Assembly: GCA_963708075.1 (NCBI GenBank)
Contig: OY970194.1
Location: forward strand, 5,888,001-5,952,000
Length of the DNA: 64,000 bases
Source: Sedimentisphaerales bacterium
GTDB lineage: Bacteria; Planctomycetota; Phycisphaerae; Sedimentisphaerales; Anaerobacaceae
Direction: 5' to 3'
The translations under genes were made by a program, and so were the position numbers. This document shows positions 43,745 to 55,112 of the stretch, piece by piece. How positions within the stretch are numbered: position 1 is the first letter of the stretch; each line of letters begins with the position of its first letter. The notes beneath the pieces were generated by a model. It made no database searches. It had not been told where the DNA came from and worked only from the letters and a program-made list of their open reading frames with translations.

Positions 43745-45835
43745 TCACGCGGTAAGGCCTGACAGAGGCTGCGCCTCGAAGTTCTGCGTTAGATCGCGGA
43801 TGTCCCAGCCGCGAGATTGGAGCTTCTCTATTATCTCGGTGGCCGAATTGGTGTTCTTGCCCTGCAAACTGCTTTTCTGCATCGCCAAACACAGTAAGTG
43901 CGTTGGGCGGGTCATGGCGACGTAATGAGTTTTGAGGCGGGTCTTTTGCTCTGGTCCCTCGCTTCCTGCCCCGGATTTCGTACCTTCGAACCAGGGAAGG
44001 AGCAATTCCATGTTGTGCCGCCCCTTTCGGTCTCTCCAGTAGGTCTCCAACAGCAGAATCGCTGTGTGGGTTCTCACCCTTGACGGAATGAATCGAACCG
44101 ACCTTGATACCAACCTTCTTGGCATCTCTTGAATAGCTGTAGGTGTTGTCCGTGCCCTCCTGGCCTTGAGACGATGGTGCCGTTGAGAACCGATATCTTG
44201 TTCCATGACAAGAATTCTTGAGCCTCCACAGATGACAATGAAGCCTCGGCAATTGCTTCAGCGACACGTTTTACGACATCACACCAGCGATTCTCCCATT
44301 CCCCTTTGCTCAGAGGCTTTCGTTTCACGAGGAATCTGGAAACCAGAACCTTGTAGTATCCTTGAACGGCGAGGTTCTTCTCCAAGAGGCGCAGGACACG
44401 TCGATGGCATTGTCTGCCATAGGGAATGGCTGACTGGCTTTCTGCCATGCGAGCCAACCGAAGGATTCCCTCTGCAATCTTGTCAACCCCCGAATAGGTT
44501 TCACCAGCCACCCTTGCCCTTTCGACACCAGCAAAGACGTACTGCACAAACGTCGATGGTTGTGGGTCTCGGCTCACCAGTTCCGGATCATATCCAGACC
44601 AGTAGTCACGGATACAATGCGGAAACTTCCTGTCTTCTGAGGTATCGGGCGGTCTGTGCCTTTGACCAACAGCAATGAACGTTCCTTCGCGCAACTCCTG
44701 CCCGGAAAAGGTGTCGATCAATAGATCACCGTATGCATCTAAGACTCTGGTTATACTACCTTCGTCAAACAGAAAAACTGTATGCTGGCCCTCGGTCCCA
44801 CCAGAAGCGAGGGGATTCTTCGGTCCCTGCCCCTTCAGTCCCTCAGGAATAGGACAGGTGCCCAGTGGATCAGCCAGTCTCGCAGTGTTCTTCCCAAAAC
44901 GATGACTGTTGGGGAGGCTCTTGATACTCCCCTCCGGGAATTTGTGGTTGGCTGCCTCCTTGGCCCCCACGAAATCGAAGATCGCTTGGTTTTCATCGCC
45001 AAAACGCTGTCGAATCACAGCAATTCCCCCTTCCATGAAGACATGATGCAGGATTGAGGATTGCTCTTCGCTATTGTCCTGGGCCTCGTCGATGAACAGG
45101 AGAGGGAACCGGTCGCGGATGACACATACGATGCTGGGCAGCTTTTCAATCAGGTCGTTTGCCCACACAAACATCTCATCGTAGCAGAAGTACCCCTCAG
45201 CAGTGGACCGTTGACACACATCCCGAATAGCCATATACGTCGGTGTGCTCGTGCTGATCGTGCTGCGTGTCCTTCCCCAACGAACTTCCCCAACGTTGAA
45301 ATCAGAAGATTTGATAGATAACAGTGAAGGTGCGTATCCATTGGTTCTCAAGGGCACTCCTGGTTACAGATGGCAGAGCACTCCAGCGTTTATTCTGGCA
45401 TATCTCATCGTCGATCATTTTTATGGGATAGCCTATAGACCGTAGCCATGGAATAGCCAAGAACTCGTTCACAAAGCCATGGATCGTCCCAATGAAATGT
45501 GGATAACAGAGCAGACGTTCCCCGACAGCAGTATTGCCCAGACGCCTCTCAATCTCATGCCGAGCGACATTAGTGTGTGAAAGCACGCAGACACCATGGG
45601 TACGGTAGGCCCACTTCTTGGCCAAGATTGCGAGCTTGGCCACCAAAAGCGTTGTCTTTCCGCTGCCTGGGCAAGCCGCGACATCAATTGTCTCCATGCA
45701 TTTGAGGACATCCTGCCGTGGATCTTTCCCATCCTCCCCATAGAATGCGTCTTGCTTCAATCCCAGAAGGCTTGATGCCCAGCGAATATCATCATCCGTT
45801 ATCCCGGGAGGTTGAAATGGAGGGTCATCATTCAT
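43745..45835 (-). CDS. gajB: UvrD-like helicase, GajB-like; apparent frameshifts near 45320, 44180 and 44075
   Basis: ACPGSGKTT, LSHTN, GTIHGF; IDEAQD, FGDENQAIF, NSHRF; SIHSVKGE, YVAMTR; ATGAATGA overlap with the upstream nuclease. Confidence 0.8.
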
Positions 45836-47921
45836 TTGCCGTGCTCTCACCCGACACTCCGCCTTCTCTCTTCGTTACGCTGGTTACATAGTCAATTCCC
45901 TCAACCAGATACTTGGGGAGACGCGTCCGCAGATCAGCAGGTGTCAACTTACCTTCTCCGCATTTGCTTGATAGCCGATCTGCCAAGTATTGAGCCGCGA
46001 CGGCCTTGGAGACGCGCGCATTCACAAATTTGGCACAGACACTCGAAGCGAGCACTTCCTCGGTTGTGCACCCGTCTTTGGCCTCGGTGGCTCCCTTCAA
46101 GGAAGCGAATTTCGCAATTGCTGCCTGTTCGACATTGGCAATCTCTTTCGTTCCGGCATTGATCGCATCATCATCATCAGCAAGGCAGGCAGCAATGAAT
46201 ACGTCCTCAGCCAAGCCACCGGGGAAAACCCCATTTTCGCCCTTTGGACCAAGGGAAAGATCATACTCCAATGTCCACTGATCTGACACGAATGTCTTCA
46301 CATACTGACCAGCAGCTTTAGCCCTCTTTTTCTCACGATGATCCTGCAAAGCCTTCTCATCGCCAATGTCCTTCTTTGCTCTCCACCGACGCTTGTTAAT
46401 TTGCGGCCAATCATCGCCTTCTTTGACGCTGCCAATGATCACCGGCGCACAATTTGGCATGACGTCCATATCTGTCACGCAGGCGACTGGAACATCGAGT
46501 TGTCTGTTCCTATCGTCGTCCGCAACGCCCTTTCGTCGAAAGATCTTGGCGTAACGGTGCAGGCCTGTACCCCCGACGTTGACAATGGATACACCATGCT
46601 CGGTAAAGTCTCGCTCGATAAGACTGGCCAGTGTTGGAATCAGGATGTTCTCTGCGTCACCCTCCACGATCATTACGCCGCGTGCGAAGAACAGGTTGGC
46701 CTTGGTCACATCAAGGAAGCGTTCCAAGAATCGATAATCGGAAGGCTCCAGTTCCGTTTGCCCCTCAGCCATTGAGAACGCGCGACCGTTACGTATCATC
46801 ACTATGTTATTGAGGTCAATAGCAGAGGCGAGGTTGGGGCTATGCGTGGTTATGATGATTTGAATGTTCTTTTCCTTTGCTTGCTGTTCCATGAACTGCA
46901 TCACCTGCAATTGGCGCTGGGCGTGGATATGGGCTTCGGGTTCTTCCACTAGAAGCATTTTGTTGCCCTCGTTCTCCCCAGCAACGAGAAGCAGCTCGCA
47001 GGCAATAAACAGCAGGTTGTTGGAGCCCAAGCCAGCATTCCCCAAAACATCAAGATTGAGATCAAGTTTCTCCAACAACTGCCGCAGACGTACTTCCTCT
47101 TTAGCGTCGGCACCACTGACCTCAATATTGCTCTTAAGGTCATCCGCATGAAATGACAGACTCTTGAGGTATTCGTCAACCTTGCCGCGTGCCGCGATGA
47201 CCCCTTTGTGCTGCTTGAGCAAAGCGTTGGCAAGGTCGCCTATGCCGAGGATATTCAATTCTTTCAGTTTCTCCTGATCATAGGCAATGCCAGGATCATA
47301 TTTGTGCCCCGTGCGTGTGACCTGAAGCGTGTTTTGGAGGATCTGCGACAGACGTGAGCCTCGGCCAGCACTTAGAGCCTGGTCGGCATCTCGCAAAGGC
47401 CGAAGATAGGTGGCACGCAACAACTCTCGTGCCTCTGGGGCAACGCTTGGACCGTTCCCGTCTTTTCCTGAATGAACCTCAACACGACGATACGGACGTC
47501 CCTTGTATTGTTGTCCGGTATCTGTAGCCGTCCAGTTGATATAGAGAACAGGCTTGTCATCGTCCCTTTCGCCATACGTCAGATATTCCACGAAGGTCCT
47601 CTTGTCTCGTGCGTTCAAACCCTCAAATTTACAGACGATTATGACGGTGGCGCCGCCTTCCTTCTGGTTTCGGGTATTGTGGTTATTCTCGGATTCTTCC
47701 TTGGCGGATTTTCTTGTCTCATGAAAGTCACAGTCATCCAGCCGATACCACTCCTGGTCCGTTGTTCCCAGAGCCAAGCGCAGTGCGTCTATCACGGCGG
47801 TCTTACCCGCCTCGTTCTCACCTACCAGTGCAGTCAGTCCCTGTGTCAGGGTGAGTACAAAGCGATCATCGCCCTCGCCAAAGCATCGGAAGTTCTCAAT
47901 GGTCACTTTTGAGAGATACAT
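45828..47921 (-). CDS. gajA: OLD-family ATP-dependent nuclease (ABC ATPase plus TOPRIM), GajA-like
   Basis: IENFRCF, GENEAGKT, LRPLRDA, GLGSNN, VEEPEAHIH, ITTHSP, FFARGVMIVEGDAE, TDMD, TLEY. Confidence 0.88.
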   Translation of the reverse strand: MYLSKVTIENFRCFGEGDDRFVLTLTQGLTALVGENEAGKTAVIDALRLALGTTDQEWYRLDDCDFHETRKSAKEESENNHNTRNQKEGGATVIIVCKFEGLNARDKRTFVEYLTYGERDDDKPVLYINWTATDTGQQYKGRPYRRVEVHSGKDGNGPSVAPEARELLRATYLRPLRDADQALSAGRGSRLSQILQNTLQVTRTGHKYDPGIAYDQEKLKELNILGIGDLANALLKQHKGVIAARGKVDEYLKSLSFHADDLKSNIEVSGADAKEEVRLRQLLEKLDLNLDVLGNAGLGSNNLLFIACELLLVAGENEGNKMLLVEEPEAHIHAQRQLQVMQFMEQQAKEKNIQIIITTHSPNLASAIDLNNIVMIRNGRAFSMAEGQTELEPSDYRFLERFLDVTKANLFFARGVMIVEGDAENILIPTLASLIERDFTEHGVSIVNVGGTGLHRYAKIFRRKGVADDDRNRQLDVPVACVTDMDVMPNCAPVIIGSVKEGDDWPQINKRRWRAKKDIGDEKALQDHREKKRAKAAGQYVKTFVSDQWTLEYDLSLGPKGENGVFPGGLAEDVFIAACLADDDDAINAGTKEIANVEQAAIAKFASLKGATEAKDGCTTEEVLASSVCAKFVNARVSKAVAAQYLADRLSSKCGEGKLTPADLRTRLPKYLVEGIDYVTSVTKREGGVSGESTANE

Positions 47922-48137
47922 CGCGTGCGACCCCTGTGGGTACAACTAAAGGTGTCCCGTATTCTTTCTCGCCATCCATAATCTACAACGGGCCTGCGTC
48001 ATCGCCTCACGTTCCTCTTGGGGGCGGTTGGGACCCATCCAATCCACCATTGATTATGGGTCATCGATCCTTGATTGTAAAGAGGAAAATCGAATTCCGT
48101 GGTCGCCATGCTCGATTCGGAGGGCAGCGGCAGGAGT

Positions 48138-48204
48138 ATCGGATTGCGGATTTCGGCCGCGGATCGGGGTCCGGGGTGGCATGATTGTGGATTGCGGATT
48201 GGCG
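48138..48204. repeat. GATTGCG-type heptamer tracts upstream of gajA
   Basis: cggattgcggatttcgg and gattgtggattgcggattggcg. Confidence 0.7.
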
Positions 48205-48220
48205 GCCCATTCGACTGGGC

Positions 48221-49264
48221 TCAGAGCTTCTTGGGGTCCAGGACCACGTGCTTGATGCTTTTGCGCTGGTAGGTGTAGGTGATGTGGACGCGGCCGTCTT
48301 TGGCCTGGATCACGGCGGGGTAGGAGTACTCGCCGGGCTGATCTTCGAGCGTCGAGACGACTTTCCACTGCTTGCCGTCGGAGGAGAGGGCGACGTTCAG
48401 GGGCGTGCGGCCTTTCGGCGTGTTGTTGAACACGAGCAGTTGCCGGCCGTCGCGTAATGTCACGGCGTCGATTCCCGAGTTCGGATTCTGCAGCTCCGTG
48501 GCGGTCAGCTCGTCCCAGGTCCTGCCGCCGTCCTTCGACCAGCACTGGCTGATGAAGCCCGTGCCCCGCGTGCGGCAGAGCATCTGGAGCCGGCCGCCGG
48601 GGTACTGCAGGATCGTCGGCTGAATCACGCCGATCTTCGCGGGGTCGTTGAGGGGACCGATGACGGTCCAGTTCTCCAGGTCCTTCGTGACTTCGAGATG
48701 GATTCGCCAGCCGGCGTTCTCGCTGCTCGACGGGCAGAGAATCCGGCCGTCGCGAAGTTGGACGGGTTTATCCTTGATCGGCCCCACGACCTGCGGGTCA
48801 AGGCGCTTGCGATTCTGCCAGGTCTTGCCGTTGTCCCTCGATGTAATCATCTCGCCCCACCATTGCGAGGGGCTCGGCCCGACCTTGAAGAACAGGACGA
48901 GCGGGCCCTTTTTCGGCTGAAAGAGCACCGGGTTCCAGCAGGGGAACCGCTTCTGCGGTGACATGACGCCATTGGCCACCTCTACGGGCTTCGCCCATGC
49001 CCCCTTGTCCAAGTGGGAAACCCAGATTCCCACGTCGCTTTCGCCCTCATCGGTGCCGGCGAACCAGGCCGCCAGCAGTCGGCCGTCGCGCGTCTCGACG
49101 ATTGTGGATGCGTGGCAGCCCGGTGTCGGCGGTGCTTCCAAGGGAAAAATCAACTCTGCACTCACCACCGCCGCTTGCGAGGCCGTACCATCGTTCGCCA
49201 TTGTCGTGATGGTCCCCCAGCCCAGGACCAGGATCAGCATTCCGAACAGTCCGTACGTTTTCAT
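48221..49264 (-). CDS. Secreted BNR-repeat sialidase-like protein (GH33-like)
   Basis: HASTIVE, WFAGTDEG, WNPVL, Asp-boxes SRDNGKTW, SKDGGRTW, SSDGKQW, EYSYP. Confidence 0.88.
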   Translation of the reverse strand: MKTYGLFGMLILVLGWGTITTMANDGTASQAAVVSAELIFPLEAPPTPGCHASTIVETRDGRLLAAWFAGTDEGESDVGIWVSHLDKGAWAKPVEVANGVMSPQKRFPCWNPVLFQPKKGPLVLFFKVGPSPSQWWGEMITSRDNGKTWQNRKRLDPQVVGPIKDKPVQLRDGRILCPSSSENAGWRIHLEVTKDLENWTVIGPLNDPAKIGVIQPTILQYPGGRLQMLCRTRGTGFISQCWSKDGGRTWDELTATELQNPNSGIDAVTLRDGRQLLVFNNTPKGRTPLNVALSSDGKQWKVVSTLEDQPGEYSYPAVIQAKDGRVHITYTYQRKSIKHVVLDPKKL

Positions 49265-49429
49265 GGCATGCCCCTCGAATCTCTCTTGCAATCACCGGCG
49301 CCTTCATCCGGCCGGCAACTATGGTAATCCCCCAGAGGCCGCGGGTAAAGCTCGCAGCTTGCGTTTTGGCGGTGTTTTCGGTATCCTGAACGTGGGCAAG
49401 GATTTTCGTGTTCCGTTGGACAAATAGAA

Positions 49430-50401
49430 GTGGCAGACACAAGAGAACCACGCATTCGCAATCAGCAGGGGACATCGCAGGCGGGCCGGGAGGAGGCTGT
49501 GTCCGGGTGCGTGTTCGACGTCAAGAAGTACGCGATCCATGATGGGCCGGGGATTCGCACGACCGTCTTCTTCAAGGGCTGTCCGCTGCGCTGCCGGTGG
49601 TGCCACAATCCCGAGAGCTGGAACCCCACGCCGGAAATGAGCCTGCGTCCGAGTCGCTGCGTTCGCTGCGGCCGGTGCGCCGAACTCTGCCCGCGAAACG
49701 CCGTATCCATTCTCGAACGTGGACCGGTGACGGACCCGGAAAGATGCACCTTGTGCGGCGCGTGTATCGACGCGTGCTCCGCGGTGGCACGGGAGATCAT
49801 CGGACAGAGAATGACGGTGGCCGAGGTGATGGCGCAGGTGAAGAAGGACACGATCTTCTACGACCAGTCGGGCGGGGGCGTGACGTTCTCCGGCGGCGAG
49901 CCGCTGATGCAGCCGGTGTTCCTGCTTTCGCTGCTGTCCGCCTGTCGGGCGGAGGGGATTCGTACGGCCGTCGATACGACGTGCCACGCCGACCCGCAGA
50001 TGATCCAACGCGTCGGCGAGATGGCTGACTTGTTCCTCTGCGACATCAAGCATATGGACTGCGAGCTGCACAAGCAGTTTACCGGCGTGGGCAACGAGCG
50101 GATTCTGAGCAATATCCGCATGTTGTCCGCTGTCGCACGAGAGATTCACGTCCGGATCCCGATCATCCCGGGCTTCAACGGCGGCCGGCACAACATCGAA
50201 CAGACCGCCCGGTTCGTGCAGTCGCTGAAGACCGTACGCAGGGTGGATATTCTGCCCTACAACCGCGGCGGCCTGGAAAAGGCCGTGCGCCTGACGGGTG
50301 AGGTCGATTTGATGCAGGGCCAGACTCCCGATGATGGTATAATGTCAGAGATTGCAGAGATCCTCAGGGGGTATGGATTCGAGGTCAAGATAGGCGGGTA
50401 A
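49430..50401 (+). CDS. Glycyl-radical enzyme activating enzyme with ferredoxin insert
   Basis: [27 protein letters not shown], two CxxCxxCxxxC motifs, [10 protein letters not shown]. Confidence 0.95.
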   Translation: MADTREPRIRNQQGTSQAGREEAVSGCVFDVKKYAIHDGPGIRTTVFFKGCPLRCRWCHNPESWNPTPEMSLRPSRCVRCGRCAELCPRNAVSILERGPVTDPERCTLCGACIDACSAVAREIIGQRMTVAEVMAQVKKDTIFYDQSGGGVTFSGGEPLMQPVFLLSLLSACRAEGIRTAVDTTCHADPQMIQRVGEMADLFLCDIKHMDCELHKQFTGVGNERILSNIRMLSAVAREIHVRIPIIPGFNGGRHNIEQTARFVQSLKTVRRVDILPYNRGGLEKAVRLTGEVDLMQGQTPDDGIMSEIAEILRGYGFEVKIGG

Positions 50402-50402
50402 G

Positions 50403-52769
50403 ATGATGAACGAGCGAGTGGCGAGACTGCGGCGGCAGAGTATCGAGGCCAGGCCGTGCATTTCTTCCGAGCGGGCGGAACTGATCACCGCCTTCTACCA
50501 GAGCGATGTCCCCTTGCGCGAGTCGGTGCCGGTCTGCCGGGCGCTGGCCTTCAAGTACCTGATGGAGCACAAGACGATCTGCATCAATGAGGGCGAGCTC
50601 ATTATTGGCGAAAAAGGCCCCGCGCCCAAGGCGACCCCGACTTATCCCGAGCTATGCTGTCACAGCCTGCAGGACCTGCAGATCCTCAACGATCGTGAGA
50701 AGATCCCGTTCGCTGTTTCGGAGGACGTCCGCCGGGTGTACCGTGAGAAGATCATTCCCTTCTGGTCCGGCAAGACCATGCGGGAGAAGATATTCCGGGC
50801 GATGGACGAGCCCTGGCATCATGCGTACGAGGCGGGGATGTTCACCGAGTTCATGGAGCAGCGCTCGCCCGGCCACACCGTTCTCGACAACAAGATCTAT
50901 CGTAAAGGCATGCTCGACTTCATGCAGGACATCCAGAACAGCCTCCAGGGCCTGGATTTCTTCAACGATCCGCAGGCCTTCGCGAAGCAGCAGGAGCTGC
51001 AGGCCATGCTCATCTGCGTGAAAGCCATGATCCGCTTTGCGGAGCGCCACGCGGAGAAGGCCAGGGACCTGGCGGCGCGCGAGTCGGACCCGCAGCGCAA
51101 GGCCGAGTTGGAGCGGATCGCCGAGGTCTGCTCGCATGTCCCCGCTCATGCCCCGCGCGACTTCTGGGAGGCTCTGCAGTACTACTGGTTCGTACACTTG
51201 GGCGTGACGACGGAGATGAATCCGTGGGACTCGTTCTGTCCGGGCCGGCTGGACCAGCACCTGTACCCATTCTACAAAAAGGGACTCGAAGACGGGACGC
51301 TGACAGCCGACCAGGCCAGGGAGCTTCTGCAGTGCTTCTGGATCAAGTTCAACAATCAGCCGGCCCCGCCGAAGGTCGGCGTCACCGCCGCCGAGAGCGG
51401 CACGTATACCGACTTCGCCCAGATCAACAGCGGCGGCATGAAGGAGGACGGCTCCGACGGCGTCAACGACGTGACGTATCTCGTCCTCGATGTGATCGAG
51501 GAGATGCGGCTGGTGCAGCCCAGCTCGTCCATCCAGGTCAGCAAGAAGAATCCCGACCAGTTCATCAGGCGTGCGGCCCGGATCATCCGCACCGGCTTCG
51601 GCCAGCCCTCCGTCTTCAACTGCGACCTGATCGTGCAGGAGCTGATCCGCATGGGCAAGTCCATCGCCGATGCCCGCAACGGCGGCTCCAGCGGCTGCGT
51701 CGAAGTCGGCGCGTTCGGCAAGGAAGCCTACATCCTGACCGGCTACTTCAATCTGCCCAAGGTGCTGGAATTGACCCTGAACAACGGCATCGATCCGAGG
51801 ACGGGCAAAAGGATCGGCCTCGAGACGGGCGAGCCCACGCAATTCGGGACATTCGAGCAGCTCTTCGAGGCCTACCGCCGGCAGCTCAATTACCTGATCG
51901 ATGTGAAGATGCGGGGCAACAATATCATCGAGCGCCTGTACGCGACCTGCATGCCCGCCCCGTTCCTCTCGGTCCTGATCGACGATTGCATCGCTCAGGG
52001 CCGGGATTACCACGACGGCGGCGCCCGCTACAATACGAACTACATCCAGGGCGTCGGCCTGGGCACGATCACAGATGCGCTGACTGCCATCAAGTACCAT
52101 GTCTTCGGCAAGAAGACGATTTCCATGGCGGAACTGCTGTCTGCTCTTCGATCGGATTTCGAGGGCTATGAAGGGCTCTACCAGACGCTGCGGCAGAGGA
52201 CTCCCAAGTACGGCAACGACGACGATTACGCCGATGACGTGATGCGGGCGGTCTTCGAGACGTATTTCCAGGCGGTGGACGGCCGGCCCACGATGAGAGG
52301 CGGCCGATACCGCATCAATCTGCTGCCGACCACCGTCCACGTGTACTTCGGCTCCGTCATGGGCGCCACCCCCGACGGCCGCAAGGCGGGCCTGCCCTTG
52401 TCCGAGGGCATCTCTCCGGTCCAGGGCGCGGACCGCCAGGGCCCGACCGCGGTCCTCAAGTCCGCCGCCAAGATGGATCAAGGCCGCACTGGCGGCACGC
52501 TGCTCAACATGAAGTTCAACCCCCAGGTCCTCGAAGGCGACGACGGTCTCGAAAACCTCAAGGACCTGATCCGCGCATACTTCCGCCTCGACGGCCACCA
52601 CATCCAGTTCAACGTCGTGGACGCAGAAACCCTGCGCAAGGCTCAGGCCAAACCCGAGGAGTACCAGAACCTGATCGTTCGCGTCGCCGGCTACAGCGAC
52701 TATTTCGTCGATCTCGGTCAAGACCTCCAAAACGAGATCATCGCCCGCACCGAGCAGAAAGCGTTTTAG
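50403..52769 (+). CDS. hypD: Glycyl radical enzyme, trans-4-hydroxy-L-proline dehydratase-like
   Basis: RVAGYS glycyl loop, SGCVE cysteine loop, EQRSPGH, ESGTYTDF, EAYILTGY and LPTT motifs as in HypD. Confidence 0.8.
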   Translation: MMNERVARLRRQSIEARPCISSERAELITAFYQSDVPLRESVPVCRALAFKYLMEHKTICINEGELIIGEKGPAPKATPTYPELCCHSLQDLQILNDREKIPFAVSEDVRRVYREKIIPFWSGKTMREKIFRAMDEPWHHAYEAGMFTEFMEQRSPGHTVLDNKIYRKGMLDFMQDIQNSLQGLDFFNDPQAFAKQQELQAMLICVKAMIRFAERHAEKARDLAARESDPQRKAELERIAEVCSHVPAHAPRDFWEALQYYWFVHLGVTTEMNPWDSFCPGRLDQHLYPFYKKGLEDGTLTADQARELLQCFWIKFNNQPAPPKVGVTAAESGTYTDFAQINSGGMKEDGSDGVNDVTYLVLDVIEEMRLVQPSSSIQVSKKNPDQFIRRAARIIRTGFGQPSVFNCDLIVQELIRMGKSIADARNGGSSGCVEVGAFGKEAYILTGYFNLPKVLELTLNNGIDPRTGKRIGLETGEPTQFGTFEQLFEAYRRQLNYLIDVKMRGNNIIERLYATCMPAPFLSVLIDDCIAQGRDYHDGGARYNTNYIQGVGLGTITDALTAIKYHVFGKKTISMAELLSALRSDFEGYEGLYQTLRQRTPKYGNDDDYADDVMRAVFETYFQAVDGRPTMRGGRYRINLLPTTVHVYFGSVMGATPDGRKAGLPLSEGISPVQGADRQGPTAVLKSAAKMDQGRTGGTLLNMKFNPQVLEGDDGLENLKDLIRAYFRLDGHHIQFNVVDAETLRKAQAKPEEYQNLIVRVAGYSDYFVDLGQDLQNEIIARTEQKAF

Positions 52770-52968
52770 GGGGCTGTCCGCCGGGTTGTGTGCGTAAAGC
52801 TTTGTGGGGCAATGACTTGCGCACAAATGCCGCAGATTCCCTTGAAATCCTTCCCTCGGATGAGGTAGCATATCAGAGGTCGGCGGGCTTATCTCCTGCC
52901 GGCATTGCATAGTTTCTGGACTCTGGGGTATTTGCACAGGGTGTATGAGAAGAGCGGGGAAGTAACAG

Positions 52969-53739
52969 ATGGCTGCGGCGGGCGGCAGAAGACAACACGT
53001 ATCGAACCAGCCGTGGACCCAATCCGGGGACTGGGAAACTGTTCGGCGAAGGCTGCTGGCAAGACGCATATGCAACCTCGGGCTTCGGATCGAGGGATCG
53101 CCCGTTGAACCATGTATTCGGCAACTCAGGCAGGAGTTAGCCGCCAAGGGGCTGGATTATGCACCTGCCTTCTACCTGACCGATACCTGGGGCTGCCCGG
53201 ACAGGGTGCCAACCATTGGCATTCCCTTCTACCTGGCCAGCGCTCCGCTCGGACGCATCGAGGAAGAGCAGACGGGCTGCCTGGAAGACGTCCAGACGAT
53301 CATGCAACTGCTGCGGCATGAGACCGGGCACGCGATCAACTATGCGTTCCGGCTGTGGGAGCAGCCGGGCTGGAAGGAGGTCTTCGGTCCATTCTCCAAG
53401 CCCTACCGGGACGTCTTTCACCCGAATCCATGGAGCCGGAGATTCGTTCGGCACATTTGCAGTTGCCCCTATCGGTACACGTATGCGCAGAAGCACCCGG
53501 ACGAGGATTTCGCGGAGACCTTTGCCGTCTGGCTGACCCCGCGTTCCGGCTGGCGCCGCAAGTACCGTGGCTGGCCGGTCATCGAGAAGCTGCGGTACGT
53601 AGATCGCCTGATGCGGAAGATCTGCGGCCAGGAGCCCCGATGCAGGCGAGGAAGACTCGTCAACCCGGTCCGTGAATTGACCATGCCTCTGGCCGAACAT
53701 TACCGTCGTCAGGCCGGAAAGTATGGCAGAACGGGCTAA
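52969..53739 (+). CDS. Putative zinc-binding metallopeptidase
   Basis: LRHETGH (HExxH), IPFYLA, YAQKHPDEDFAETFAVWL. Confidence 0.75.
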   Translation: MAAAGGRRQHVSNQPWTQSGDWETVRRRLLARRICNLGLRIEGSPVEPCIRQLRQELAAKGLDYAPAFYLTDTWGCPDRVPTIGIPFYLASAPLGRIEEEQTGCLEDVQTIMQLLRHETGHAINYAFRLWEQPGWKEVFGPFSKPYRDVFHPNPWSRRFVRHICSCPYRYTYAQKHPDEDFAETFAVWLTPRSGWRRKYRGWPVIEKLRYVDRLMRKICGQEPRCRRGRLVNPVRELTMPLAEHYRRQAGKYGRTG

Positions 53740-54800
53740 AGCAGCATGGGGATGCTCACGTCGTAGGGGGGGCCTTCCAGGGCGGCGTCGAGAATCATCT
53801 GGATCAATTGCGCGTAGCTGATACCGGCCCTGTCGGCGGATCGCGCCAGGGCCACGCCTTCCTCCAGCGAAGCGTTGCAGTTGACCTCCAGGACCCGTGG
53901 CTGGCCGGTCTCGTCGAGCCGGATATCGACGCGGCCGTAGCCCCAGGCGCCGACCGCTCGCCAGGCACGCAGGGCAATGTCGCTGACCTGGCGAGCCAGC
54001 TCGGGCTCCACGGCCGCCGGACAGATCACCGAGGTCTTCTTGTATTCCACGGACGTCTCGATCCACTTAGCGGCGTACGACATGATCGGCGGGATATCCG
54101 AAGGCAGCTCTTCATAGTTGACCTCGGCCAGAGGCATCACCCGGGCGCGTTTGCCGCCCACGATGCCCACGTTGAATTCACGCCCGGGCAGAAAGAGCTG
54201 GGCCAGCGCCGGCTGGCTGTACGTCTGCACGATCCGACGCACCTGCTCGCGCAGGGCTTTCTTCGATTGCACGATCGAATCCCGATCCAGGCCGATGCCC
54301 GCGTGCTCCTGGCTGGGCTGAACGATGAGAGGGAACCGCCACTCGTACCGGTCCACGTCGCCCACCCTCTCCAACAGCTCCGTGCAGGGCGGAATCGGAA
54401 TCCCCGTCCCGTGGAGGAGACTGGCGGACATGTGTTTGTACCGGCTCAATCCCAGGGCCAGCGCGGACGAGCCGGTGAGCGGAAAGCCCATCATCCGTAC
54501 CATTGCGGCGAATCGCATCTCGTAGAGCGCACCGTGAACGACATCGTCATACTGATTGAACACCGCATCGGGGCTCAGGCGACGCAATTTTCGCTGGAAC
54601 GCAAAGAGGTCATGGGCCAACGGCACGACGGTGACCTGATGCCCCAGCGATCTCAACACGCGAGCCATGTCGCGGATCATGTGCCTCAGATCCGCTGTGC
54701 TGCCTCGATCTTCCGGCGTGTCCGGGATGATTCCCGCGTCGGCGTTGTACACCAAAGCCACGTGGAGAGACTTGCGAGATCGTCTGGATCGCTTCGGCAT
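53736..54800 (-). CDS. D-Ala-D-Ala ligase-like ATP-grasp protein
   Basis: PDAVFN, LTGS, FPLIVQP..EHAGIG, GREFNV, GYGRVDIR, LEVNCN. Confidence 0.85.
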   Translation of the reverse strand: MPKRSRRSRKSLHVALVYNADAGIIPDTPEDRGSTADLRHMIRDMARVLRSLGHQVTVVPLAHDLFAFQRKLRRLSPDAVFNQYDDVVHGALYEMRFAAMVRMMGFPLTGSSALALGLSRYKHMSASLLHGTGIPIPPCTELLERVGDVDRYEWRFPLIVQPSQEHAGIGLDRDSIVQSKKALREQVRRIVQTYSQPALAQLFLPGREFNVGIVGGKRARVMPLAEVNYEELPSDIPPIMSYAAKWIETSVEYKKTSVICPAAVEPELARQVSDIALRAWRAVGAWGYGRVDIRLDETGQPRVLEVNCNASLEEGVALARSADRAGISYAQLIQMILDAALEGPPYDVSIPMLL

Positions 54801-55112
54801 CGCTTCGTCCTTACACTTGCTGATCGGTCGCCCGAGGTTACACTCTCTCGGGATCTACGGAACCCACACCCCAAACATGCCGGTGTTGCCGGTGGCTGGC
54901 AAAACTGCATCCGAGACACTCACGGCCTCCGCATTATGGCTGCCCACGTGCGAACTGTCAACCGGATCGCCACGATATCTTCGGCCTCCATACCCTGATC
55001 GACTGCCCACGGTTCGGCAATTCCTCGGCCGAGGCTTCCACGACGCTCGGCTTGACACTATAATCGCGCCCGGTGACATCGTAATAACAAAGATGCCGAT
55101 GAGAGGTACCGC

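Noticed and set aside
50403..52769. Pyruvate formate-lyase or choline TMA-lyase call
   Set aside because: The single-Cys SGCVE loop rather than the PFL CC pair, plus the ESGTYTDF and EQRSPGH motifs, fits HypD better
50652..53147. 831-aa antisense ORF and similar long shadow ORFs (e.g. 58300..59514, 21806..22960, 53808..54998)
   Set aside because: Expected by-product of high GC3 codon bias opposite real genes; no domain motifs
55052..55064. TTGACA followed directly by TATAAT upstream of the peptidase
   Set aside because: The two boxes are 1 bp apart and cannot form one sigma70 promoter; no convincing partner boxes at correct spacing
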